Assembly (NCBI GenBank): GCA_031266635.1
Contig: JAISAN010000101.1
Coordinates: 1 to 35,160 of the forward strand
DNA from: Treponema sp.
GTDB taxonomy: Bacteria; Spirochaetota; Spirochaetia; Treponematales; Breznakiellaceae
Reading direction: 5' to 3'
Length of the DNA stretch: 35,160 nucleotides
The number at the start of each line of letters is the position of its first letter. Position 1 is the stretch's first letter. The notes under the pieces are model-generated. The model did no database searches. It was not told the origin of the DNA and worked only from the letters and a program-made list of their open reading frames with translations. This document shows, in pieces, positions 8,500 through 17,128 of this stretch. A program made the translations under genes and the position numbers.

Positions 8500-9399
8500 C
8501 TACCCCTTAACCGCTCCTACCATAATACCTGAAGTAAAGTACCTCTGCAAAAAAGGGTATAATAATACTATCGGTCCGATGGTTACCATAGCGGTGGCCA
8601 TTTTTATGGTTGATGCCGGCAGATCGAGGGCGGAAATACGCATTTGACCGGCCATTTGGGTCATAAACTCCACGTTTCGCAGCATTTTCATTATCATCAT
8701 CTGCAGGGGCTGGAGATGGTTGCGATCAATGTAAAGCATGGCCTGAAACCAATTGTTCCAGTAACCCAGCGCGTAAAAAAGGCTTACCGCCGCGATCGAC
8801 GGCACCGCTACAGGCAGAATAATTTTGAAAAGGATGACGAGTTCGTGGGCGCCGTCCATACGGGCCGACTCGGCAAGGGAAGCGGGAACGGAGGCAAAGA
8901 AATTACGCATTAAAAACATATTCCACGGGTTGATCAATATGGGTAAAATCAATACAAGGAGATTGTCTTTCAAATGCAGATAGCGGGAAACAAGCATATA
9001 TGTCGGTATCAGACCGCCGTTAAAAAGCATGGTGAAGTATACAAAAAAATTGATCTTATTGGCGTATTTCAGTTTCCCTGACGCCAGCGGATAGGCCATT
9101 AAAACCGTTACCAAAAGGCTCAACAGCGTTCCGCATACCGTTACAAATATCGACACAGCGTAGGATTGATATATCTGGCTGCTCTTGAACAGCATTTTGT
9201 AAGCCGACAGTGAAAACCTGCGGGGGAACAGGGAGAAACCGTCCCGGGCTATGGATAACTCATCGGAAAACGATGCCGACAGCGCAATAACGAATGGTAT
9301 AAGGCAGACCACCGTAAAAATGAAAATAACGCCGTAACACAGCCCGGTAAGCATGCGGTCTCCCGCGGATTCCCGTATGGTATTTGCTCCGATGGTCAT
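8500..9399 (-). CDS. Carbohydrate ABC transporter permease (LplC/YtcP-like)
   Basis: 299-aa polytopic ORF with the EAA-loop region AESARMDGA. Confidence 0.9.
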   Translation of the reverse strand: MTIGANTIRESAGDRMLTGLCYGVIFIFTVVCLIPFVIALSASFSDELSIARDGFSLFPRRFSLSAYKMLFKSSQIYQSYAVSIFVTVCGTLLSLLVTVLMAYPLASGKLKYANKINFFVYFTMLFNGGLIPTYMLVSRYLHLKDNLLVLILPILINPWNMFLMRNFFASVPASLAESARMDGAHELVILFKIILPVAVPSIAAVSLFYALGYWNNWFQAMLYIDRNHLQPLQMMIMKMLRNVEFMTQMAGQMRISALDLPASTIKMATAMVTIGPIVLLYPFLQRYFTSGIMVGAVKG

Positions 9400-9412
9400 A
9401 TTGCCGGCCCCC

Positions 9413-10339
9413 CTAAAATATAGCCGAGCCCGGTTCGAGCCTGCGTGCGATTAGATTTGCGGAATAGACAAAAATTAAACCGAAGACACTTTGCAGCATC
9501 CCTACCGCCGTTGCCATGCCGTAATCGCTCATGCTGCGAAGCATACGGTACACGTAGGTATCGATAACGTCTGTGGTGGAAAAAAGCAGAGCGTTATCCT
9601 GAACAATACCGTAGATCATGCCAAAATCACCGTAGAATATACGGCCCACGCTGAACAACGTCATCAGTATAACGACAGGCCGCAGATACGGAATGGTGAT
9701 CCGCATGATGATTTGCAGACGGCTCGCGCCGTCGATGCGGGCAGCCTCAAATATGCCGGTATCCATGCCGGTTATGGCGGCAATGTATACGACAGCCATG
9801 TAGCCCGCGCCCTGCCAGATGCGTAATACGACCAGAATAAAGGGCCAGAATTGCGGGGACGAATAAAAATTAATGTCAACGCCGCGGGCACTGAGGAACG
9901 TGGGAATAATACCGCCGTCTGCCTGCAAAAAACTCTGCAGGAACAAGGCGATAACCGCCCATGAAATAAAATACGGTAAGATGGAAATGGTCTGGGTAAA
10001 CCGTTTTGTTTTTTTGTGCCTGATTTCGGAAAACATAATTGCCAGCGTTACGGCGGTAAAGGTCGTAAAAACGATAAACAATATATTGAGATACAAGGTA
10101 TTCAGCATCACCTTTAGGATTGTGTTATTTACAAACAGGAATTTAAAGTTGGCAAGACCGGCAAAATTACTGCCGAATACGCCGCGTATCAAATTGAATT
10201 CCTGAAACGCAATGACGAGGCCCCCCATGGGCAGGTAACTGAACACGAAAAAGAACAGTATACCCGGTACCATTAAAAGGTAAAGCGAGAAATTCTTTTT
10301 TATTTCCCCCAAAAAGGAACCCGGGTTTTTTACTGCCAT
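9413..10339 (-). CDS. Carbohydrate ABC transporter permease (LplB-like)
   Basis: Start set to the internal ATG at 10339 (MAVKNPGSFLGEIKK...). The 64-codon upstream extension overlaps the preceding gene and is Arg-rich nonsense. EAA loop EAARIDGASRLQ. Confidence 0.88.
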   Translation of the reverse strand: MAVKNPGSFLGEIKKNFSLYLLMVPGILFFFVFSYLPMGGLVIAFQEFNLIRGVFGSNFAGLANFKFLFVNNTILKVMLNTLYLNILFIVFTTFTAVTLAIMFSEIRHKKTKRFTQTISILPYFISWAVIALFLQSFLQADGGIIPTFLSARGVDINFYSSPQFWPFILVVLRIWQGAGYMAVVYIAAITGMDTGIFEAARIDGASRLQIIMRITIPYLRPVVILMTLFSVGRIFYGDFGMIYGIVQDNALLFSTTDVIDTYVYRMLRSMSDYGMATAVGMLQSVFGLIFVYSANLIARRLEPGSAIF

Positions 10340-10356
10340 TGTTTTTCCCTGCCGGT

Positions 10357-11958
10357 TTACCTTGAGTACATCAGCGTACCGAAACCAAGCTGATCGTATC
10401 CGCCGCTGGTAGAACCGTAATCCCCGCCGCCGCCTTCGGGGGACATGCCATCCACGCCCATCTTGGTATAATACGCCTTTGATTCCGTAAGCCCTTTCAC
10501 TTTTACGTAATGATAATAGGGGCCCGACCACATGGGACGGACCGTACCCCTGCTGGAGGAACTGATCTGCGTATGTTTTTCAACCAGGGGATTGGGATAT
10601 TGATTTTTGTTACCCCACAGCCGGACGTATTCGTGAAAGGGCACATCAAGCCCGGCGACGTTGTACTTCGCCGTGTATTCGCAGGCTTTAAGAAAACGGT
10701 TGTCGTCAAGGCCGTAAAAATCGTCGCCCTGATTCCAGGTCAGTTGGCAGATAAAATCCATCAGGGCGATACATAAAGTGGCGTGCCCCTGATCGCGGCC
10801 GCTTTCCTGTAACTGCGCCAATTCCTCATTCCCCACCGTATGAAGGTAATTGATCGCCTTGTACCAGTTACCGTTCCCATTGCCGTTTTGAAGGTAATCT
10901 ATGGCCAGGTTGTAAATATCCCGCCGGTCGCACAGTATACCGATGGCGAGGACGGAAGCCAGGTTACAAAGATCCCAGTTCGCCCAGTAATGATCATCGT
11001 GGGTGTCATGATGACGGGTGAGAAAATCCCTGTTTTTGGGGAAGAAAATATTTAACATCCACTGCTGAAAGGCGGAAAAATCAGCCGAGACCCAGCCCGA
11101 ATAAGCGCGGAGCAGTTCACCGGCCACGGCGAACTGATAGCCGTAAATCCCCGCCGCCAGGCTTTGGTCGGTGGTACCGGTTATTTCGCCGGTGCATATT
11201 TTCGCCCACTCATTCAGAATATACACGCCCCGGGCGGCGAAACTGCTGTCCCCGGAGATTCTCCACCGCAGGGCCAATTGGTACGCCGCCGCGGCATCGT
11301 TAAAGGCCCGGGAATAATTTTCCGAGGGCCCGCCGGAAGCCGCGCCCCGGACGATCTGCGTTACCGGATTCGGGGTGTACGAAATCTGGGCGTGTGAATT
11401 CGCGGTCAGTTTATTCCACCCGGAAACCCAGGGCTCCTCGCCGGCCGCCAGTTTCGCCTTGATCCGGTCAAAATCGGCATCGGTATGGAGGCCGCCAACG
11501 TGAAGCAGTGGGGTTGAAACGGGCTTTTGCCTGATTTCATCATCGGAGTAGGCCGCCACGGTAAGGGCAAGCCGTTTGCTTTCAGTTTTACCGGTCCCGG
11601 TAACCGATACATAATAGGTCCGGGCTTCAAGGTCGCCGGCGGCGGTGAGGGTAAGGAGCGGGACGCTGAAGGCCGCGCTGACGCCGTTCATAACAGTGGA
11701 ACCGGCAGCGGTAGTGTAAACCTTCCAAACACCGGTGTATGTACCGGTGAGGGTAAAGGATACAGATTCCTGAGTTTCGCCGGTTTTGAATACGGTGCTT
11801 TCCGCTGCCACAGGCGTTGCGGACTGTTCCGGTTCGCCGGTTTCGCCGCCGGTAAGGCCGGGGCAATTACTCAACACAAAAGCCGCAAGCAGCGTTAGTA
11901 CCAGCAGTCTGAACAAGAACGCCGGTTTCCTCTTTTCCACGGTTCCCGTATCCTTCAT
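10357..11958 (-). CDS. Lipoprotein: N-terminal Ig-like domain fused to an alginate-lyase-fold (alpha/alpha toroid, Pfam Alginate_lyase-like) domain
   Basis: Start set to ATG 11958 (MKDTGTVEKRK..., RBS GGAGAAGGG immediately upstream). Lipobox VLSN-C. DDHYWANWDL and QESGRDQGHA motifs. Paralog of 17129..18625. Confidence 0.6.
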   Translation of the reverse strand: MKDTGTVEKRKPAFLFRLLVLTLLAAFVLSNCPGLTGGETGEPEQSATPVAAESTVFKTGETQESVSFTLTGTYTGVWKVYTTAAGSTVMNGVSAAFSVPLLTLTAAGDLEARTYYVSVTGTGKTESKRLALTVAAYSDDEIRQKPVSTPLLHVGGLHTDADFDRIKAKLAAGEEPWVSGWNKLTANSHAQISYTPNPVTQIVRGAASGGPSENYSRAFNDAAAAYQLALRWRISGDSSFAARGVYILNEWAKICTGEITGTTDQSLAAGIYGYQFAVAGELLRAYSGWVSADFSAFQQWMLNIFFPKNRDFLTRHHDTHDDHYWANWDLCNLASVLAIGILCDRRDIYNLAIDYLQNGNGNGNWYKAINYLHTVGNEELAQLQESGRDQGHATLCIALMDFICQLTWNQGDDFYGLDDNRFLKACEYTAKYNVAGLDVPFHEYVRLWGNKNQYPNPLVEKHTQISSSSRGTVRPMWSGPYYHYVKVKGLTESKAYYTKMGVDGMSPEGGGGDYGSTSGGYDQLGFGTLMYSR

Positions 11959-12008
11959 CCCTTCTCCTTCTGAAAAAGCCGCCTGAGCCTCAGAGACCGG
12001 CATAAACG

Positions 12009-12032
12009 CCCGTCCGCGGTGAAGCGGACGGG
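12009..12032 (-). terminator. GC-rich hairpin between the 993-aa lipoprotein gene and the lyase gene (possible attenuator or partial terminator)
   Basis: Minus strand CCCGTCCGC-TTCACC-GCGGACGGG followed by CGTTTATG. The T-tract is weak, so read-through is likely. Confidence 0.3.
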
Positions 12033-12077
12033 TACTTGCGTTCCGGCAGCCCGCACGGCCGCCAGACAATACTGCTT

Positions 12078-15059
12078 TTAATCGCCGCTGCCGACGGCAT
12101 TTAATTGAGCCACCACCGCGGCGACGCCGCTCAGGTCGGCGGCAATCTTGGCCGCTTTGGTAAAGACGTACTTGTACAAGCCGGAATTCCGCATATTCCC
12201 GGCAAGCACGGTATTTATGTTGTCAAAGGCGCTTCGGCCGCTAAGCACACTGCCGTATGTACTGGTTGCGGCCTGCGCACCGTTGAGATAGGTCGTTATA
12301 TCATTACCGGACCGGACAATGGCGATATGGCACCAGGTGTTTAGCGCGGGCGTCCCCATACCGGTTCCCCGTCTTGCGGTCCCTTCGTACAGATTAAACT
12401 GCCACGCGTTGGTACTATTGTTGGGCTTTTCAATACGCAGAGAACCATCCGCATTTTTCCCCGTTGGGCCGTACATGACCAGGACATCCTTCGCTGTGCC
12501 TCCAACATCCCCCACCTTGTAGTACAGCTCGATAGTCCAGTCCGTTGCCGAGCGAATAAAGGCGCCGCTAAACGGATCCAGGGTAACAGTATTGTCGGCG
12601 GCCCCAAAATTAACCACGTTAAAGCCGTTGACTGTCCCAGCGCTGGTATCGGCGGAAAATTGAGACCCGATTGTTCCGATAGACACCGCGTTATTATACA
12701 GGGTTCCGATAAATTTGCCGTTGTCAACCTCGTAGCTGATGCTGGTCAGATTCCCGGCCGCCGTGGCGTCTACCGTCCATGTGGCGTACACCGTGACAGC
12801 CTCATCACTTATCGGGGAAGAATCGGTAAAAGGTGCCCCCGTACCGGCCGCGGCGGTGTTCCACCCCTGGAACGTATGGCCGCCCCGGGCGGGATTTACC
12901 GGCACTTCCACCGTCTGCCCCACCTTTCCCGGCACGACCTGGATAATGGCGCCGCCGGTCCACATGCCCCAGTTCCCATCGAAGGTAACGAGAGCGTCCA
13001 CCGCTTCGTCAATCCAGTGGGCGTACAGGGTGATGTCTCCGGTTATAACCGTTGACGGCTCGTACTTTATACCCACCGTGGCATCGGTATACCAGCCGTC
13101 GAAGTTCTTGGTCGCATGGGTAAGGTCGCTTAAACCGGGCCATTCCGCCGCGGCCACGGTTCCGCCCGCGCCGCCGATAGAGTTTACCGTAGCGGTTTTT
13201 GTGGTTCCACCGGAGATGAAAGTTCCGTCGTTGGCGTTAAAGGTAACGGTGAAGGTTTCGACCTGGTTTAGCTGGTTCACCACCGTGGTAACACCGGCGG
13301 CGCTAGGAATTATGGCGCTGCTATGGACCTTAAACTGGTAGAACTTGAGGTAATTCGCGCCGAAATAATTGTAGAACAGGGATTTGAAGTAATTGTTTGA
13401 AGCCAGCATACTGAAACTTGTCGTCCCGTCTTCTTTCAATTCGCCGTTCAGGTAAACGTCAATATTATCGCCGCTCTTGACATAGGCTATGTGGAACCAG
13501 CGGTTTGCGGCAAAAACGGGGGAACCGGCGGGGGAAGAAGAATTTAGCGCGGTCTGAGTACGGGTAGAACCGCTGTTACCGGTACGGACAATAAAATACC
13601 AGTTCGGATTTTCAACCCAGATACCGCCGTAATTCTTGTCGTTGTTGAGCCGGGCGAAATTCAGGGGGTTGGGATTGTTGCCCGTACCCGTCGCCAGGAC
13701 ATAAAACTCCACAGTCCAATCGGTTTTGGTCAACAAGGCTCCGGCCTGGGGGCCGAAGTTAAAGCGGTTGCCGTTGGAGACTTTGAGCGTATCGATGGTT
13801 TCAACAGCCGGACTTCCCGGTAACACCGCCCCGTTGGCGTCCACCGGGGGAACGGCAAAGGTCTCGTTATAGCTGCCGCCTGAAAGCGTACCCGCAACGG
13901 CGTCCCCCGCCCCGTTTACCGCGTAACTCACCGTGCTTATGCCCAGACTGTTGTCCCATTCCCACCGGGCGTAAACCGTAATGTCCTCCGTTACCGGTGT
14001 TAAGGTGGTAAGTTCCGTGCCCCAATTCTCCGTTCCGTCACTAGTGGAATCGGATTTTCCGGTATACCAGCCCGCGACCCTAAATCCTTTCAGGACCGGT
14101 ACGGGCAGGGCTCCCGTTTCCCCCACGGCGTGGCCGGTTTTTACTTCCACAATCCGGGTCTTTGCCCCATCGTCAAAAGCGCCGATGTGGGCGTCAAAGG
14201 TAACGTTGTAGCGCTGGATATATGCGCCCCAGCGGGCGTACAGAACGGTATCCGCCGTTATGACCGCCCCCTTGCCGACAAGTTCGCCGTCCTCAACCCC
14301 GGTGTACCAGCCGTCAAATTCACTGCCTGTTTTTTCGGGATCGGCGGGCCATTCGGAATCCGGCACTTTCCCGTCGCCGGGATAGGTTACGGTCGCCGTT
14401 TTGGCCGCTGTTGAGCCGCCGCTAAACTCCCCGCCGTTAGGGTTAAAGGTAACGGTGTAACTTATGGCCCCCCCGTTCCATCTGGCGTATACGGTCATAT
14501 CGCCGGTTACTTCCGTTTCGGTTGTAAAGGGCGCTTCCCAGAGATCTTTGTCGATATACCAGCCGATAAAAACATCGTTCGACTTGGCAGGATCCGAAGG
14601 AAACCGGTTTGCCGTTACCGTTTTATTGGGACTGGCTACGGTTACCTGCCTCGTATCGGCGTTGTTAATTTTACCGCCATTGGCATCGAAGGTAACGGTA
14701 AAAGACCAATTCCAGCGGGCGTAGATCGTTATATCCCGGCCTACCACCTGGGAAAAATCGTATTGGGTATTTCCCTCCGCGGTCGTGTACCAGCCAGAAA
14801 AGGTATAACCGCCGTCCCTTGCGGGTTCGGCAAGTTCACCCAGCGTCAGGACAGTACCGTTTTCTTTTACGATGCTTACGGTATTTTCACCGTCCTCAAA
14901 ATAGCCGCCCGAAGCATCCAGAATAATCGTAACCGTTTCAGAATTGTTGTTGAGATTTGGCGTAGTTAAGGGATTACAGCCGCCAAAAAACAGGGCGGCC
15001 ATCACCGCGAACATAAGTCCCGCCGGAAACAGGCGGTATATTTTGTTTTTCCGTTTCAT
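12078..15059 (-). CDS. Large surface lipoprotein: 4 Listeria-Bacteroides (InlB B-type) repeats + LamG, then 2 repeats + LamG
   Basis: 993 aa. Lipobox FFGG-C. Six units of the form [FY]TVTF[DN]xNGG...GW[YN]...[IV]T[ILV]YA[RHT]W. Two concanavalin/LamG-like modules (WTVEFYV...WFHIAYVKSGDNIDVYLNGE and WTIELYY...WCHIAIVRSGNDITTYLNGA). Confidence 0.75.
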   Translation of the reverse strand: MKRKNKIYRLFPAGLMFAVMAALFFGGCNPLTTPNLNNNSETVTIILDASGGYFEDGENTVSIVKENGTVLTLGELAEPARDGGYTFSGWYTTAEGNTQYDFSQVVGRDITIYARWNWSFTVTFDANGGKINNADTRQVTVASPNKTVTANRFPSDPAKSNDVFIGWYIDKDLWEAPFTTETEVTGDMTVYARWNGGAISYTVTFNPNGGEFSGGSTAAKTATVTYPGDGKVPDSEWPADPEKTGSEFDGWYTGVEDGELVGKGAVITADTVLYARWGAYIQRYNVTFDAHIGAFDDGAKTRIVEVKTGHAVGETGALPVPVLKGFRVAGWYTGKSDSTSDGTENWGTELTTLTPVTEDITVYARWEWDNSLGISTVSYAVNGAGDAVAGTLSGGSYNETFAVPPVDANGAVLPGSPAVETIDTLKVSNGNRFNFGPQAGALLTKTDWTVEFYVLATGTGNNPNPLNFARLNNDKNYGGIWVENPNWYFIVRTGNSGSTRTQTALNSSSPAGSPVFAANRWFHIAYVKSGDNIDVYLNGELKEDGTTSFSMLASNNYFKSLFYNYFGANYLKFYQFKVHSSAIIPSAAGVTTVVNQLNQVETFTVTFNANDGTFISGGTTKTATVNSIGGAGGTVAAAEWPGLSDLTHATKNFDGWYTDATVGIKYEPSTVITGDITLYAHWIDEAVDALVTFDGNWGMWTGGAIIQVVPGKVGQTVEVPVNPARGGHTFQGWNTAAAGTGAPFTDSSPISDEAVTVYATWTVDATAAGNLTSISYEVDNGKFIGTLYNNAVSIGTIGSQFSADTSAGTVNGFNVVNFGAADNTVTLDPFSGAFIRSATDWTIELYYKVGDVGGTAKDVLVMYGPTGKNADGSLRIEKPNNSTNAWQFNLYEGTARRGTGMGTPALNTWCHIAIVRSGNDITTYLNGAQAATSTYGSVLSGRSAFDNINTVLAGNMRNSGLYKYVFTKAAKIAADLSGVAAVVAQLNAVGSGD

Positions 15060-15074
15060 AAAAACATCTCCTGT

Positions 15075-15173
15075 AAGGCGCGTTCAAAACTCCGGTTTTA
15101 AGCGCGCCTTCTGTTTAAAGTTCCAGTGGCAGTCGTTCGGAAACTTCAAACCAATGGTTTGCGGTTTCCGAAC
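15075..15173. repeat. Palindromic-unit pair B5 (divergent member of the REP/BIME-like family)
   Basis: Hairpin 15075-15110 (AAGGCGCG..TTCAAAAC-TCCG-GTTTTAA..GCGCGCCTT) and hairpin 15135-15173 (GTTCGGAAAC / GTTTCCGAAC enclosing CAAACCA-A-TGGTTTG). It lies in the 118-nt gap between two minus-strand genes. Confidence 0.6.
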
Positions 15174-15177
15174 AACG

Positions 15178-15612
15178 CTAAGGTTGATTTACCGTGAGGG
15201 CAAGCCGTTCACTTTCGGCCCGGTCCCGTTCGGTAACCGATACATAATAGGTAAGGGAATCAAGGTTGTTGGCGGCGCTGGTCAACATCAGTTTGGAAGA
15301 AGGCTCGCCGGTCCCCGCGCTGAGGGTCTTTTGGTAAGTCACAAAAATACCGTCCAGTGTTTTGCCGCCGGTATCCGTGTCATAGACCTTCCAGATACTG
15401 CCGGCGGGGTGTATACTGGTGAGGGTAAAGGTAACGGACTTTTGTACCGCCGATGTTTTGACCACCGTGGCTGCCGCAGCCGTTGGCGCGGCGGAGGGAT
15501 CAATTTCGGGCGCTTCACCCGGACAGCCGGCAAAAAGACCCGCGAAAAAAAGCAGGGCCGGCAGCAAAAAGGCAAGACGGTTCGTCCGCCGTTCCGTTAA
15601 AAACAAATTCAT
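15178..15612 (-). CDS. Small lipoprotein consisting of a single Ig-like domain homologous to the N-terminus of the 10357..11958 lyase-fold protein
   Basis: 144 aa. Lipobox LFAG-C. KSVTFTLTS...WKVYDT...LTYYVSVTERDRAESERLALTV aligns with ESVSFTLTG...WKVYTT...RTYYVSVTGTGKTESKRLALTV. Confidence 0.6.
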   Translation of the reverse strand: MNLFLTERRTNRLAFLLPALLFFAGLFAGCPGEAPEIDPSAAPTAAAATVVKTSAVQKSVTFTLTSIHPAGSIWKVYDTDTGGKTLDGIFVTYQKTLSAGTGEPSSKLMLTSAANNLDSLTYYVSVTERDRAESERLALTVNQP

Positions 15613-15615
15613 ATA

Positions 15616-17112
15616 TTACTCTCCGTTTAATGCGTTTACGATTGCTGAAACACCCGCGAAATCGGCCTCTGTTTTGATGCCTTTGGTAAAGGTTATCTGA
15701 TAAAGCTTCGCATTGTTCAGCGCGGTGGTGAACAGGCAGTGGGTTACGGACTTAAACGCGGCGTTACTAAAGGCAGGACAGTTTCTGTCCTGCATAAACT
15801 CGCCGTTCAAGTAGGTTTTTAACGCTCCGCCATTTCTGGCAATGGCCATGTGATACCACCGGTTACGGCTCCCCGTGGAGGAAAGCCCAAAGTCAGGCCG
15901 GTCACCCGTATTGGGCCGGTAAATCCAGAGGCCGTGACCTTCCATCCAGAAAGCGCCGTCGTTTTCGGCGCCTGTGCCGTAAAACCGGATAGCCTTCGCC
16001 GCTCCGGCGGCCACGGTGTCCCCCAAATTGATGTACAGTTCGATGGTCCACTCGTTTTCGGCCAGATATGAACCTCCCATCTGACCGATGTCCAGCGTAC
16101 CGGTAGTGGTATTGGCAGGGAATTCCAGTACCCGGTAAGCATTGATCGTACCGGTGCTAGTGCCGGTATTATCTATGGGACGGATGATGCCGCCGTTTGG
16201 TATGGTTCCCACAAATTCGCCGTCTTCATTAACGCCATAGGTGATAGTATCAATGGCGGAATAGGTCCACTTGGCGAATACCTCTTTATCCCTGGTTATC
16301 CGGGTATCTTTGTCAAAGGCCACGTTATCCGCGGTAAACCAGCCTTCCAGCGGGAAGTCCGCCATTGCGGGGGTTTCGGGCCAGGATCCCGCTTCCTCAA
16401 GCGTAGTCGCCGCGGGGGCGTTTATCTTAACTTCCTTGCGTAATTCCGCCGGTCCCCAGCCGCCGCCGTTGGCGTTAAAGGTAACGGCAAACTCCTGGGG
16501 GCCGCTATACCAGTAGGCGTAAGACTGGGCTCCGTTTTCAGACAGGTTAAGGCCGGTAACCGGCGTCGTATTACCGAGCTCTTTGGCATAATCAGGCGTG
16601 CCCCCCGGCATTTCGGTAAACCAGCCGCCAAAAGCGTTATTGCCACTTGCCGGAAACGGCATATTGGATATTGTCCACGGCGGCCTTTTTACATTAACCG
16701 TAAAGATTTCGCCGCTGCCGTTTATGGTCCCGCCGTTGGGATTAAAAACAACGCGGTAATCTTTCGATGGATCGGCCCCGTTGCCCCAATAGGCGTAGAG
16801 GGCAAGATCCCGGTTGACCTCCCAGGGCGGTTCAAACAGATCACCTTCTTCCGCACGGTCATACCAGCCCCGGAATTGATATCCGGAGTAGTATGGTTCA
16901 GGTAATTCCTCGAGCAATTCTCCCGCATACATATTCAGCTTCATGCTGTAGGTTGGTTTTGAACTTTCCGTGGTCTGTTCCGCGGCGGTGTCAAAAGTTA
17001 TGATATGGGTCTTCGCAGTTTCTCCTCCCAGATCGCAGCCCGGCAGAATCACAAATGCCAGCGGCAAAAGTACCGTGACCACCGTTATCGCCTTTGTAAA
17101 AAATCGTTTCAT
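15616..17112 (-). CDS. Surface lipoprotein: 3 Listeria-Bacteroides repeats + C-terminal LamG domain (paralog of the 993-aa protein)
   Basis: 498 aa. Lipobox ILPG-C. Repeats end LALYAYW / SYAYW / VFAKW. LamG module WTIELYINLGD...WYHMAIARNGGALKTYLNGE. C-terminal tail matches those of the 993-aa protein modules. Confidence 0.75.
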   Translation of the reverse strand: MKRFFTKAITVVTVLLPLAFVILPGCDLGGETAKTHIITFDTAAEQTTESSKPTYSMKLNMYAGELLEELPEPYYSGYQFRGWYDRAEEGDLFEPPWEVNRDLALYAYWGNGADPSKDYRVVFNPNGGTINGSGEIFTVNVKRPPWTISNMPFPASGNNAFGGWFTEMPGGTPDYAKELGNTTPVTGLNLSENGAQSYAYWYSGPQEFAVTFNANGGGWGPAELRKEVKINAPAATTLEEAGSWPETPAMADFPLEGWFTADNVAFDKDTRITRDKEVFAKWTYSAIDTITYGVNEDGEFVGTIPNGGIIRPIDNTGTSTGTINAYRVLEFPANTTTGTLDIGQMGGSYLAENEWTIELYINLGDTVAAGAAKAIRFYGTGAENDGAFWMEGHGLWIYRPNTGDRPDFGLSSTGSRNRWYHMAIARNGGALKTYLNGEFMQDRNCPAFSNAAFKSVTHCLFTTALNNAKLYQITFTKGIKTEADFAGVSAIVNALNGE

Positions 17113-17128
17113 AATAAACCCCGCCTTG

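Noticed and set aside
10840-10900. NGNGNGN peptide in the lyase-fold protein as a possible slippage-prone repeat
   Set aside because: The codons are not a perfect tandem DNA repeat (mixed GGC/GGG/GGT and AAT/AAC), so it is unlikely to be hypermutable.
9413-12069. Long N-terminal extensions of ORFs 9413..10531 and 10357..12069 (and similarly 6695..8311, 22611..24281, 24818..25603, 31053..32453)
   Set aside because: The extensions overlap neighbouring genes or repeats, are Arg/Gly-rich nonsense, and in the cases checked begin at TTG or GTG. Internal ATGs preceded by GGAG-type RBS sequences give proper signal peptides or conserved N-termini.
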